Shown: positions 13,087 to 23,893 of the stretch, one piece after another
How positions within the stretch are numbered: the stretch's first letter is position 1
How the letters are laid out: each line of letters begins with the position of its first letter
Origin: Perkinsus chesapeaki ATCC PRA-425
Lineage: Eukaryota; Protista; Perkinsozoa
NCBI GenBank assembly: GCA_013115145.1
Contig: JAAPAO010000020.1
Location: 68,811-132,810, forward strand
Direction of reading: 5' to 3'
Length of the DNA stretch: 64,000 nucleotides
Notes under the pieces: generated by a model
The model's database searches: none
Told to the model about the DNA's origin: nothing
What the model saw: only the letters and a program-made list of their open reading frames with translations
Translations under genes and position numbers: made by a program

Positions 13087-16000
13087 ATGCGATTCTTCAT
13101 CGCCGCTGCATCGTGTGCTTTAGCAGCTGCTGCTGAATTGAGAGGCAGTGCTGCCGCCGCTGGCGAGCTCCCCGTCGTTCCCGAGGAGAGCGTTGGCCTC
13201 ATCTCCATGAACGAGGCCGCTGTTGTTTTCGTCGGCATGTGTTTCATGTATGCCTTGAGGGGTCTCGGTTCTCCTGAGACCGCCACCAAGGGTAACATGG
13301 CCGGTGTCATCGGTATGCTCGTTGCTGTCATCTTTGCTTGCCTTGACCCTCGTTTCACCCATCATTCTGGTGTCCTTGCTATCATTTGCTTCGTCATCGC
13401 TGCCATTTGCGGTTTGTGGCTCTCCTCCAAGGCCACCATGATCGTGATGCCCCAGATGGTTGCTGGTTTCCACGCCAGTGTCGGTTTCGCCGCTGTCATG
13501 GTCGCCTATGCTCGTTACTTCGATCCTGAGGAGGTCATGAACGCTGGTCACTTGGTTGAGACTATGATTGGTATCTTCTTCGGTGCCATGACTCTCACCG
13601 GTTCCATTGTTGCTTGCGGTAAGCTTCAGGGTGTTATCCGTTCCAAGGCTCTTCTCCTTCCCTTCCGTCACTGGATCAACGGCGGTATCTGCGTTGCCTC
13701 CATTTTGCTCACCGTCTGGTTGTGCATGGTTGGTAAGGGTACCACCACCGGTATGTGGATCATCATCGCTACCACTCTCATCTGCCTTTACCTTGGTTGG
13801 GCTCTTGTCATGTCTATCGGTGGTGCCGATATGCCCGTTGTTGTTTCTATGTTGAACTCCTACTCCGGTTGGACTACAGTTGCTTGCGGTTTCATGCTTA
13901 ACAACACTATCCTAATCATTGCTGGTTCTCTTATCGGTTCTTCCGGTGCTATCCTTTCCTACATCATGTGCAAGGGTATGAACCGTTCCTTCACCTCTGT
14001 CATTCTCGGTGGCTTCGGTGTTGAGGAGGGTCACACCGTCGAGGTTACCGGTACCATTACTGAGACCAACGTCGACGAGGTTGCCGATAAGATGATCAAC
14101 GCCAACTCCGTTATCATCGTTCCCGGTTACGGTATGGCTGTTGCTCGTTGCCAGCAGACTGTCGCCGGTATTGCCGACTGCCTCCGTACTCACGGTGTCA
14201 AGGTTCAGTTCGCCATTCACCCCGTCGCTGGTCGTTTGCCGGGTCACATGAACGTGTTGCTCGCTGAGGCCAATGTCCCCTATGATATCGTTAAGGAGAT
14301 GGACGAGATCAACCCTGAGTTCCCCAACACTGATGTTTCTCTTGTCATTGGTGCTAACGATATCGTCAACCCCATGGCTGTTGAGGATCTCTCTTCTCCC
14401 ATCGGAGGCATGCCCGTCCTTGAGGTCTGGAAGGCCAAGATGTGCGTCGTCATGAAGCGTTCTATGGCCACCGGTTACTCTGGTATCGAGAATCCCTTGT
14501 TCTACAAGGAGAACACTCGTATGCTCTTCGGTAACGCTCACGAGAAGACTCAGGAGTTGCTCGCCGCTCTTCAGGGTCTCGCCAAGGATAAGAAGGTCAC
14601 CAATGCTTCTAATGATGCCTCTACTCCTCTTCTCGCTGAGGAGAAGAAGCCCGAGCCTGAAAAGGTTAAGGAGTACCCACCTGCTCTTAAGACTATTGGT
14701 GTTCTTAACGAGACTAGGAACTGTGATGAGACTCGTGTTGCCATTGCCCCCAATGTTGTATCCAAGTTCCGTGATATGGGCTTTGCCTTTGTCATGGAGC
14801 GCGGCTGCGGTGACAAGGCTTCGTTCCCCGATCGCTACTACGCCGTTGAGGGATGCAAGCTTGTTGACACTCCCGAGGAAGTCTACAAGGCGGCTGATGT
14901 CATCGTCAAGATCAATACCTTGACTGATGAGGATTTCACCAACCTCCGTCGTGGTCAGATCGTTGTCACCTACTTGTGGCCTGCTTTCAACCCTGACCTC
15001 CTTAAGACTCTTGCTGCTAAGGGTGTCACTGCTATGTCCGTCGATGCTGTTCCTCGTATCACTCGTGCTCAGAAGTTGGATACTCTATCCTCCATGGCTA
15101 ACATGGCTGGTTACAAGGCCGTCATTGAGGCTTTCCATCTCTTGCCTCGTTTCGCCAAGCCTTTGACTACTGCCGCCGGTAGCGTTCCCGCCGCCAACGT
15201 CTTCATCATTGGTGCTGGTGTTGCTGGTCTCTCTGCTATCGGAACTGCCCGTTCTCTTGGTGCTTTGGTCACTGCTAACGATACTCGTTCTGTTGTCAAG
15301 GAACAGGTCGAGTCTATGGGTGCCAAGTTCGCTGAGGTGCCTTACAAGGAGGAAGGTGCCGGTGCTGGTGGTTATGCCAAGGAGATGTCTGAGGGATTCC
15401 ACAAGGCCCAGATGCAGCTCTACGCTCAGCAGATCAAGAAGGCCGACGTTGTTGTCACTACTGCTCAGATCCCCGGCAAGCCTGCTCCCCTTCTTATCAC
15501 TAAGGAGGTTGTGCGCTCCATGAGACCTGGTTCCGTGATCGTCGATCTTGCCGCCCAACAAGGTGGTAACTGTGAGCTCACTCAGAAGGACAAGACCATC
15601 GTCGATCCCGAGAGTGGCGTCACTATTGTTGGCCAGACCAACCTCGCTCGTTTCATGCCTGCTCAGGCTTCCGAGCTTTTCGCCGCTAACATGCGTTTCT
15701 TATTCGACCAGATGAAGGGTGCCGCTGGTATTGATGAGGCCCTTGCTCAACCTGATGATGTTATCGCTCCTATTCGTTGCACTTATCAGGGACAGGTTAC
15801 CTGGAAGCCGGCTGCCCGCCCTGCTCCTCCACCGGCCCCTAAGGCTCCTGCCACTCCCAAGAAGGAGGAGGCTCCCGCCAAGGCCGAGAAGAAGCCTCAG
15901 ACTGCTTTCTCCAAGTGGCTCAACTTCTTCATTGTTGTGATCATCGTTGGTGCTTGCTGTGCTGGTATTGGTGCTTGCCGCAGTGTTGCCTTGGTTGACC

Positions 16001-16254
16001 AGATGATGGCTTTCGTCATGGCTGTTATCGTCGGTTACTTCCTTGTCTGGGGTGTCGATCATGCCTTGCATACTCCTCTTATGTCTGAGACTAACGCCAT
16101 CTCTGGTATCATCATCGTTGGTGCTATGCAGCAGCTCTCTGCCGCCGGCACTTTCGCTCAGATTTGTGCCATCTTGGGTACCTTCGCTGCCGGCTTCAAT
16201 ATCTTTGGTGGTTTCTGGATCACTAAGCGTATGCTTGCCATGTTCCACCGATAA
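13087..16254 (+). CDS. NTH: Proton-translocating NAD(P) transhydrogenase, beta-alpha fusion, copy 2 (intronless, signal-peptide-like N-terminus)
   Basis: Single ORF with the same motifs as copy 1. First in-frame ATG is at 13087 (MRFFIAAASCALAAAAELRG); the listed 13042 start is TTG. Strong C/T-ending codon bias. Confidence 0.97.
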   Translation: MRFFIAAASCALAAAAELRGSAAAAGELPVVPEESVGLISMNEAAVVFVGMCFMYALRGLGSPETATKGNMAGVIGMLVAVIFACLDPRFTHHSGVLAIICFVIAAICGLWLSSKATMIVMPQMVAGFHASVGFAAVMVAYARYFDPEEVMNAGHLVETMIGIFFGAMTLTGSIVACGKLQGVIRSKALLLPFRHWINGGICVASILLTVWLCMVGKGTTTGMWIIIATTLICLYLGWALVMSIGGADMPVVVSMLNSYSGWTTVACGFMLNNTILIIAGSLIGSSGAILSYIMCKGMNRSFTSVILGGFGVEEGHTVEVTGTITETNVDEVADKMINANSVIIVPGYGMAVARCQQTVAGIADCLRTHGVKVQFAIHPVAGRLPGHMNVLLAEANVPYDIVKEMDEINPEFPNTDVSLVIGANDIVNPMAVEDLSSPIGGMPVLEVWKAKMCVVMKRSMATGYSGIENPLFYKENTRMLFGNAHEKTQELLAALQGLAKDKKVTNASNDASTPLLAEEKKPEPEKVKEYPPALKTIGVLNETRNCDETRVAIAPNVVSKFRDMGFAFVMERGCGDKASFPDRYYAVEGCKLVDTPEEVYKAADVIVKINTLTDEDFTNLRRGQIVVTYLWPAFNPDLLKTLAAKGVTAMSVDAVPRITRAQKLDTLSSMANMAGYKAVIEAFHLLPRFAKPLTTAAGSVPAANVFIIGAGVAGLSAIGTARSLGALVTANDTRSVVKEQVESMGAKFAEVPYKEEGAGAGGYAKEMSEGFHKAQMQLYAQQIKKADVVVTTAQIPGKPAPLLITKEVVRSMRPGSVIVDLAAQQGGNCELTQKDKTIVDPESGVTIVGQTNLARFMPAQASELFAANMRFLFDQMKGAAGIDEALAQPDDVIAPIRCTYQGQVTWKPAARPAPPPAPKAPATPKKEEAPAKAEKKPQTAFSKWLNFFIVVIIVGACCAGIGACRSVALVDQMMAFVMAVIVGYFLVWGVDHALHTPLMSETNAISGIIIVGAMQQLSAAGTFAQICAILGTFAAGFNIFGGFWITKRMLAMFHR

Positions 16255-16661
16255 ATGTTGTGGTCTACAGCTATCCAAGGCTTTATTTAGTGTAAAGGGT
16301 CTCCTGAAATAAAGGAGTTCTCTTTCAACTTTTGGCCTGATGTTACTATTGTTCGCTCGACATTGAGCGCTTAAACGATCGATGCCGATGGCGACTGAAC
16401 TACTACCATTCGAGGGAACTATTTTTTGCTTGGCCCGAGGGCCTCGCTCCTTGTTGACGATTGTTGGATGCGTGCATTCTTTGTTTTTTCCGGCATAAGT
16501 TTCTAGTTCCTGGCAGCCGGAGTCCTACAAGCGTATACAATATTGCTACCAAACATGGCGTCTTGTGTTTCTATAGTGGGTAACGCAATACCAGTAGGAA
16601 AGGTAGATGGTACACATAGCACGAAAGGGATCACGGCAATCCCCGAACTGCCTCTATATCA

Positions 16662-17761
16662 TCATCGTTGCGATTCAACTGCCCTCCACAGAACTGAAAA
16701 ACGGTAATTGGTATCAAGGTAAAGGTTGTTCACTTGTGGTTGATGCTTCTTCTTATTCTTAGACTTGATAAAGCTCTCACTCGCACGTTGGTTGTTCCGC
16801 GCTGACTTCACTACTGTTTCTTGTGCAGCGCTTGTCCATGACGATACCTCTTCTTCGAGTTGGAGTCTGCTTTCGCTTTCACGCTCATATCTGTCGGCTA
16901 CGAGACTATCGAGCGAGCCAGGCCATAGCATCTCAACTCAGCGATAAGTTTCTGTCCTTCCCTGACAAGAGTGTTTCTCTCACTTTCGAGTTGCTTCACT
17001 GTCTCCTCGAATCGTCCAGCTTTATCCAGTAGCTCTGCGTCTGCCAGTCCAGATTTGACACTTCCCTAACCGCTCCGCTCACTTTCGTTAACAAGCTTGA
17101 TTATCTCGGCTTTCCACTCTCGCTCCTTGACTTTGAAATCGTCGCTCTCGTTCCTCAGCTGATCCAGCTCAGCCTTCGCTTGTTTGTACCTAGCAGCATC
17201 ACCAATTTCTCACCGCTAGGTTCCCATACCTCACCGACGTTCCATCATTGAGCGTTCCGACTTTTCAGCCTCGAGCGCGGCTTTAAGGCTAGCGTTGTCA
17301 GAACACAGTGCTTCATACTGATACTAAAAGTGAGGCTTCAGTCGAGCGAATACCGTTTCCGAGACGGTTAATCACATTCGATGCCTCACGCGCTTTCTTC
17401 ACTTGATTGTACTTCGTCTCGGCAGCAGTGGCTCTGGTCTTGAGGGACCCTATCTCTCGGATATACCTCGTAAGAAATGACTATCGTGGAGCTCTTCGCT
17501 TCACGCACTCCTGTTTTTCAACCTCATAGCGAGAGCACCGTCTTTCGGCAAGTGTAAGCAGCTGTTTAGTCGTCTCTAGTTCCTCCATCATTATCTTGGA
17601 GCCTAAGTTCAATTCGATTATTGGAATGTCAGCGTTACTGGATGTTTACCACTCATTGAGGTGCGGTGAGCATCAGTGTCTAGCTTAGGGGACTTGCCGG
17701 AGATGTTGGTCATGAATAGCCCAGTCCCAGGAGACTTTGCCATCACCAGTCGCTTAGACAT
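16662..17761 (-). CDS. Hypothetical coiled-coil protein
   Basis: MSKRLVMAKSPG... spliced to MMEELETTKQLLTLAERR, AELDQLRNESDDFKVKERE and YERESESRLQLEEEV; E/K/R/L heptad character. Confidence 0.6.
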
Positions 17762-17884
17762 TCGGGAGTTGGTCTAAGCCTCCAAGTAGCTATAACTATG
17801 GCAACTTCTACCCTTTTATGAACTCCCAACCATATATTAACCCTATATTCTCCAACAGCCTCCTCTCAACCCGACCCGCATTGA

Positions 17885-19386
17885 TCAGGATTTAACATCG
17901 TCATGGTATAGCGACTTACAGCTATCCTCTGGGTGTCCTGAATCTCCACTTTGAGCCTCACCACTCACNNNNNNNNNNNNNNNNNNNNNNNNNNNNNNNN
18001 NNNNNNNNNNNNNNNNNNNNNNNNNNNNNNNNNNNNNNNNNNNNNNNNNNNNNNNNNNNNNNNNNNNNACCCCCTGGCTGCTCTGCTAATGGAGCCTCGT
18101 CACTCACACCCCCTGGCTGCTCTGCTAATGGAGCCTCGTCACTCACACCCCCTGGCTGCTCTGCTAATGGAGCCTCGTCATTCATATTATCGACCTGCTT
18201 AGCCATCTGGGCTTCATCGCTGACCATCTCGGGCCGTTTGTCTCTTGAGGCTCCGTCCTTTACGCTTCTCAGCTGCTCACCCATGTGAGGCTCATTAGCC
18301 TGCTCGGCTACTGCCGTTTCAGCATTGGTATTCCCGTGCAGCCCTTCCGTATCACTCTCACCCATGGACTCAATCAGTAACGTTCCCTGCTCCTCTTCCA
18401 GCCTTATTGACTGCAGCGAGTCCGTTTTGGTGGAAGCATTGACGACAGTAGCCCTGCTAAGGGCCTGCCACAGTGAAGGCTCCAAAGCGAATGATCGAGC
18501 AACAGTCACCTTATCCTCTATGATACTTCGTATAGCTTTCAGCTCCTCTAAGAGCGACTCCAACAGTTCAGTGGCTCTCGAGGATGCAGTCAGATCTTCG
18601 CGACGTTCTTCCCATGCTACCGGGGCCTGACGAGAGATAACCGTCATCCAGCGTTGTGTGGTTGAGCCCGACGTTCCGGTGAGCTGGCGTGTCCCGTTCA
18701 GATGTCGACACCTTACGCTCCCTCCTGGGCCAGAACATCCTGCCTATCGTACTCTACAACAACAAGGTGATAGCCAAGTTGCCGTATCTAAATCTCACAG
18801 TGATTGCTGTTGTTAAGGAGCCCCAGAAGCTCTTCTTCGGTGGAGTGCGGCGCAGCTCCGTCAGGTGAGTTTTCGCCTCTCTTTCGAGTATCTCATCCAG
18901 TGAGTCGAATATGGAATGGAACGCTGATATGTCTATCTTGCCGTTTCGAGCTTCCGCCTCGAGTCCCCTATATGAAGCTACCACCGGACCACATTCGTCT
19001 GAGTAGCTCTCACCGATCTCGTATGGCCTTCGGAACATTCAGAGAGAGATTCAGGGAGGCATGATCACCCATTATAACTTCACAGGCTCGCTGGACACCT
19101 GTACCGTCAATGAAACCTGGACCAGAAGCCGATGCCGCGTAATCCACGATTAAGGTGGCACCATGTCGAGCTTGATCCACTTGCTGGAACGCGTGTTCCA
19201 TAAGGCCACTTGGTGCAGCCTCTCTGCTGCCTGCTGACTGAACACCCGCGAGGATGTGATTATCGCTGTGGTGGCCGTGTTACCTCTGCACTGTGTGCTC
19301 TGTGAACCAGAGTTGTCTGGAAGATAGACTGTACTGTCATGTGCAGCAAGCTCGCCTTTCAGTGGTGTACTCATTAAACTCAACAT
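17885..19386 (-). CDS. Hypothetical protein containing a 13-aa tandem repeat; spans the assembly gap
   Basis: ORF fragments 19150-19386, 18754-19038 and 17958-18647 lie on the same strand. After the gap the frame VSGEAQSGDSGHPEDS...KS* ends at 17885. Confidence 0.55.
17954..18180. repeat. 39-bp coding minisatellite (DEAPLAEQPGGVS) around a 100-N gap at 17969-18068
   Basis: Two exact units (18101-18139, 18140-18178), a 32-bp partial unit (18069-18100), and a variant fragment gagcctcaccactcac left of the gap. Confidence 0.95.
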
Positions 19387-19417
19387 TCTAAGAGTATCGA
19401 CTGTATTAGCATTATAA

Positions 19418-20224
19418 TCACATGAGCACACAATCTCGAGGAGGGCTGTCCCCTGCAACCAGTGGCCGATCGGGTATCTACACAGCAACTGTGAGCTTGG
19501 ATGGATACGCAGTAGAAGGATGTACTCGACAGCCTCGCGGCAAAGGGTCGTCTTCCCACGGGTCTTCTTCTACCATTACTGTAAATAACTTCACAGGTTT
19601 GCAAGGGCACTCCTTCTTGCACTTCACCGCCTCAATATCCGACAGCACCTGAATCTTAGATTAGACGCTCATGGCCGATGGTTGCTGCTCACATGCCAGC
19701 AAGACTCGGGTACAAAGCCGAAGATTGTGTGCCGACCATCGAGGTGTTCTTGCGGCCCAAATGTTATGAAGAACTGACTGCAATTTGTGTTGAAGCCAGT
19801 ATTGGCCATCGACACAACGCCCTTGCGGTCGTGTGACAAGTGAGAGCATATCTCATCCTCAAAGGGTCCACTGTAAATGCTTTCACCACCCTTGGGCAGC
19901 ACCGTCTGCGTGTTGCCTGAAGCACGGCTGTATGCAAGAAGGAGGCCATCGGAGGCATGATACCTCGGGCCGTCGTGCTCCCTCCCGAGGCGGTGTCAAA
20001 GGGGTCGGGATCGCCTGTTTGGCACATGAAGCCTTTCACTACTCGATGGAAGACACACCTAAGCAAGGCGTTAGCCGTCCCTCATGTCCCTACGGGTCGG
20101 CGGCATACCCATCATAGTAGCCATGTTTCGATAGTTCTAGGAAGTTACGGCATGCCTTAGGAGCTTCATTGATGTACAAGTACATCTTCAATGCACCGTG
20201 AGATGTGTTAATCGTTACTGCCAT
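19418..20224 (-). CDS. Cyclophilin-type peptidyl-prolyl isomerase, PPIL3-like, with predicted C-terminal CVLM
   Basis: [14 protein letters not shown]...[11 protein letters not shown]...[17 protein letters not shown]...[31 protein letters not shown]. The last exon 19477-19418 follows a 48-bp GT-AG intron. Confidence 0.9.
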
Positions 20225-20474
20225 AATAAATGGTACGCTAGCTGTCTCGGGACTTAAAATGAGGAGTGCCTCGACGGTGGCTAATGGCCCAGATGAACAG
20301 ACGGTGGTGATTGACTACACAAAGCCACTGTTTATAAGTTGCAAAGATGTTGTTCTCTCTCGCTAGTGCGGCATAACCAAGCTAGCGCAATCGCCGTATG
20401 TCATCAACAAAAAATGATATTGCCACACGTTACTGACTGAGGTGTATCCTAGGATGATAATAAAACATAATCAT

Positions 20475-21284
20475 CTATATCGCCTGGCGGCATGCCTTCA
20501 AGGCATCCAGGTAATACCTGAAAGACGAAAGTGCAAAGAAGAGCACCGTAAGGTGCGGTCGTACTGGCATTGGGCAGCTTCGGCGGCCTGCTCCATGCAC
20601 TGGTTGAGCTGATCCTGCTGGACTTGACATACGTTACCAGAACTCTAAAAGCACAGTCAACCGACCTGTTTGGTTGAGCTCTTACTTGAGCGACTTGTTG
20701 TTGCTGTTGCGGGGGAGGCGCAGCAGCAGCTGGTTCCCCTTCGTGCCTGTGGATGACCTCAGTCTGTCTGGGGCCGACGACAGCGTCGACAGCTCTATTG
20801 GCCATAGAGAAGCCAACACCAGTGGCCATACCTGAGAGGATATTAGATTACCCCACTGGGGCGCCTTTCCTACCAGACATCATAGATCCAGCCAGGCCGC
20901 TCATCATGCCTCCTCCTCCCTGAGCAGGGGCCGGTGGTGGGGCATGTTGGGCAGCAGCTGGGGCAGGGGCGGCAGGGCGGGCCTGTGGGGCAGGAGCGGC
21001 ATGTCTCGGGGCAGCAGCAGCTGGCTTGCGACCAAACCATCCACCTGAAGGAAACGACAGTATTTGAGTGAGTTGCTCGGGAGTAAAGGTTCATATAGTG
21101 TATATAGCCAATAGTAGCATAATAACGTGGCGAGACAGCCATAGAGCACAGTGTAATATAGGAGATAGATGTGCATTGGGGTGTAAACGAGCAGCTGTTA
21201 TGGATCCCCCTTACCTCCACTGCTGCTGCTAGGAGAAGGGGACCTACGTGGTCCCGAGGAGCGAGCACTACTACGACGGGGCAT
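20475..21284 (-). CDS. CHCHD2/CHCHD10/Mix17-like twin CX9C mitochondrial protein
   Basis: MPRRSSARSS... N-terminus, Pro/Ala-rich linker, hydrophobic GMATGVGFSMANRAVDAVVG, then CQVQQDQLNQC and CQYYLDALKAC (two CX9C motifs). Confidence 0.9.
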
Positions 21285-21868
21285 TTAGATGGGTATCACC
21301 AAGCTACATCAACCTGTTCATTCGCTTTTACACTGTGCAGCATGGCTTTAAACAGGCCATGAAACGACGCGCTGAAGGACATAATGTACTATACGATTAC
21401 TGTCTTGTCGATCCAATGATTTCAAACTAGCTTATCAAGCGGAGGCCAGAATTCTGGAATGCCCAGAGTGAGCAGCGCAAGAGAGCCACACTAGCAATAG
21501 AATAGCAAACATCAGTGGTCCAGGCCTGCCAGGCATTCCTTGAGCAGCTGTTCTAGCACTGAACAGCTAACGGTGTTTGGAGTCCCTAGCTGCAATTTAT
21601 GGATCACATACCCGGCCAGCAGTCCTCTGGGCCGCACATCTACTATGGACTCGCGTGCTAAGTGTGCAAGGAGTGTAGACCAGAAATAGGGATACGGGCC
21701 TTATCCTGGCAATTGAACAACCGTGTTGTGTCGACCCGTGCAACTTGCGTAACCTTAGCGAATCTTGCGCTTTCTCAACGCTATCTGCTCACAAATCAGC
21801 CCCGTTGTTCTCCAGTGACATGATTATGAATCTTTAACTCAGTTGTCCATTTCCTTTTCCATTCAATT

Positions 21869-23596
21869 ATGTTAGCCCGTGCCATATCAGCGAGTGTACA
21901 TCATTGCATCCGGCCCCTGTCAACTGCCGCCATCTCGTCGTGCTTCCGTAAGGGCAGTGCGCTGCCGGAGCCCGTCAAGCCTATCCGGTAGAACTATATT
22001 TCCCTAGCCCTTAGGAGACCTTAATCTCATCAGGATCAGGGGAAGGAGCGGTATTCCTATGAGTGAGGACAAAACGTTCCCGGAGTACATGGCATGTGCC
22101 ACTCCAGGCTCACCATTGGTAGATATGCCTTTGTCGGTGCTGTTGGTGGTTCAGTTCCTGGCCAGGTGCTCACACCTATTATAGAGGGTCATGAAGATAT
22201 GGACTTGGACGACTGGGCTAAGGCGGCGAAGGCTGAAATTGAACATCATTTGACAAAGTAGGAGGAAGTGTCGGTATGAGTAAGATTACTGTCAGGTACG
22301 GTGCTATATACTTTACATCGATTCCCGATCTGAAGACACCGCAGGATTTGGCAACGTTAATGAGAAGTATGAAATATAGACTACATGAAGATAGCCATTA
22401 TAAGAAGATGATGGCTGCGAGGTCAATGACAAGTAGGGTCTCATAGTGGCCCATGGTAGTCAAACACAGGCACTAAACTATCTGATGTGGTCCGGACGGC
22501 CTCCGACGAGCCACCAGAGTATGCTATTGAGCCACATTCCGAGTACCATACAGCGGGGTAGTGCAACAACAGCTGATGTATGTGGTAATGGTATTGTTAC
22601 ATTTAGGTTGCCTCATAAGATAGCTCTCTTTGCACACGGTGAAGTTCCGACTTATGGTGGGGAATGGATGGTTGCTGACACTAGAAGGATTATGGAGGAG
22701 CTTAATAAGGCTGTTGTGAAGAAGTTCGATGAGCTCGGTGAGTGCCTTTCGGATACATTGCTCTCATGGTACCTCAGGTGCTTGCTATAGAGTGTTTTAT
22801 GAATCTAAAGACAATAGTGTTGTCGGGTAAGATTTTCGTCGACCGTATTACTATGCTGATTCATACCGTTTATTTTCGCTTTGTTGGAGCTCACCTGGCT
22901 TGGAAGGCTTTCCCGCGTTCGCTGTAGCACTTGCTTCTTAAGTAACCTTTTAGATACAATAATTGGCAAACCAACATCAGCTATGATAAAGAAAAGGTAG
23001 AGGAGTACCTAAAGATTAGGGGTTATGATTGGAAGTGGAGTAAGCCCTAAGAGTTGTGGACCACTGCACGGTGTATTTAACCATCTTTGGTTAGATGCCG
23101 ACGACTCTCTGGAGTACTGGAAGGTCTACCCGGCCATTGTGCCCCATCCTGTGACAGGAGAGAGGTGCTGGTTCAATCAAATTCATGCCCAGCATAAGAG
23201 TTTCTACTACTCTCATCCGAGGTAGGATGCTAGTAAGATTCTTAGAGCTCGATTTGCTGTGCAATAGATTCCGCGACATGCCGCGGGACAGCAATAGGTT
23301 CCCTGTTAACACAACTTATGGTGATGGCACTGAGATAGAGCCGGAGGTGAGCAGCTGGCGTATCTTTGGGTTGAGCGTGCATTAGGTGCTCTCCCATATT
23401 CGATCTATTATCTGGAGGAACTGTCATGCAGCACCCCTCCATACCGGTGCACTACTGGTACAAGATAACTACCTTACACTTCACGGCAGGTGGGAAGGGA
23501 ATGCTATATTGCTGGTTGTTAGTGTGTTTTAGGATGGATTATGATGGCCATAAGTTTCCTAAGAGGGAGGTTAGTGTTAGCGTAACCTACAGCTAG
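21869..23596 (+). CDS. TauD/TfdA-family Fe(II)/2-oxoglutarate dioxygenase, SyrP-like
   Basis: IEPHSEY (HxE), GGEWMVAD, HPVTGERCWFNQIH, TYGDGTEIEPE and DNYLTLHGR. Arg-rich, acid-free N-terminus. Confidence 0.85.
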
Positions 23597-23893
23597 TAGG
23601 CTCCTGTCACAGGGGTTGTCCAGGTACTTTGTCTCTTCACCACGGAGTTAGTAGCTCTGTCTGTCAGGTACCAGTAACGTATCGTAAAAGCCCTCCCTTC
23701 GATCCATGTTGACATGACTCGTTCATCCCGCCCCCCCCCCCTCCCCCCAGATCCATCGATTGTTATCATAAATAGTGCTCTAGTGTAGAGTAGCGTCTAG
23801 ACGTTCACTTCTTCTTTCATTACCAATATTACGTTTTCAGCAACTGCTATTGCGTTGCCAGTGTCTCACTGTAATTCAGTTTACTGTTATCCT

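Noticed and set aside
9778-16278. Long antisense and alternative-frame ORFs over both NTH genes (up to 209 aa)
   Set aside because: Shadows of the strong C/T-ending codon bias; no recognisable motifs.
17954-18180. 39-bp repeats as a possible CRISPR array
   Set aside because: Head-to-tail with no spacers, in-frame in a CDS, eukaryotic context, no cas genes.
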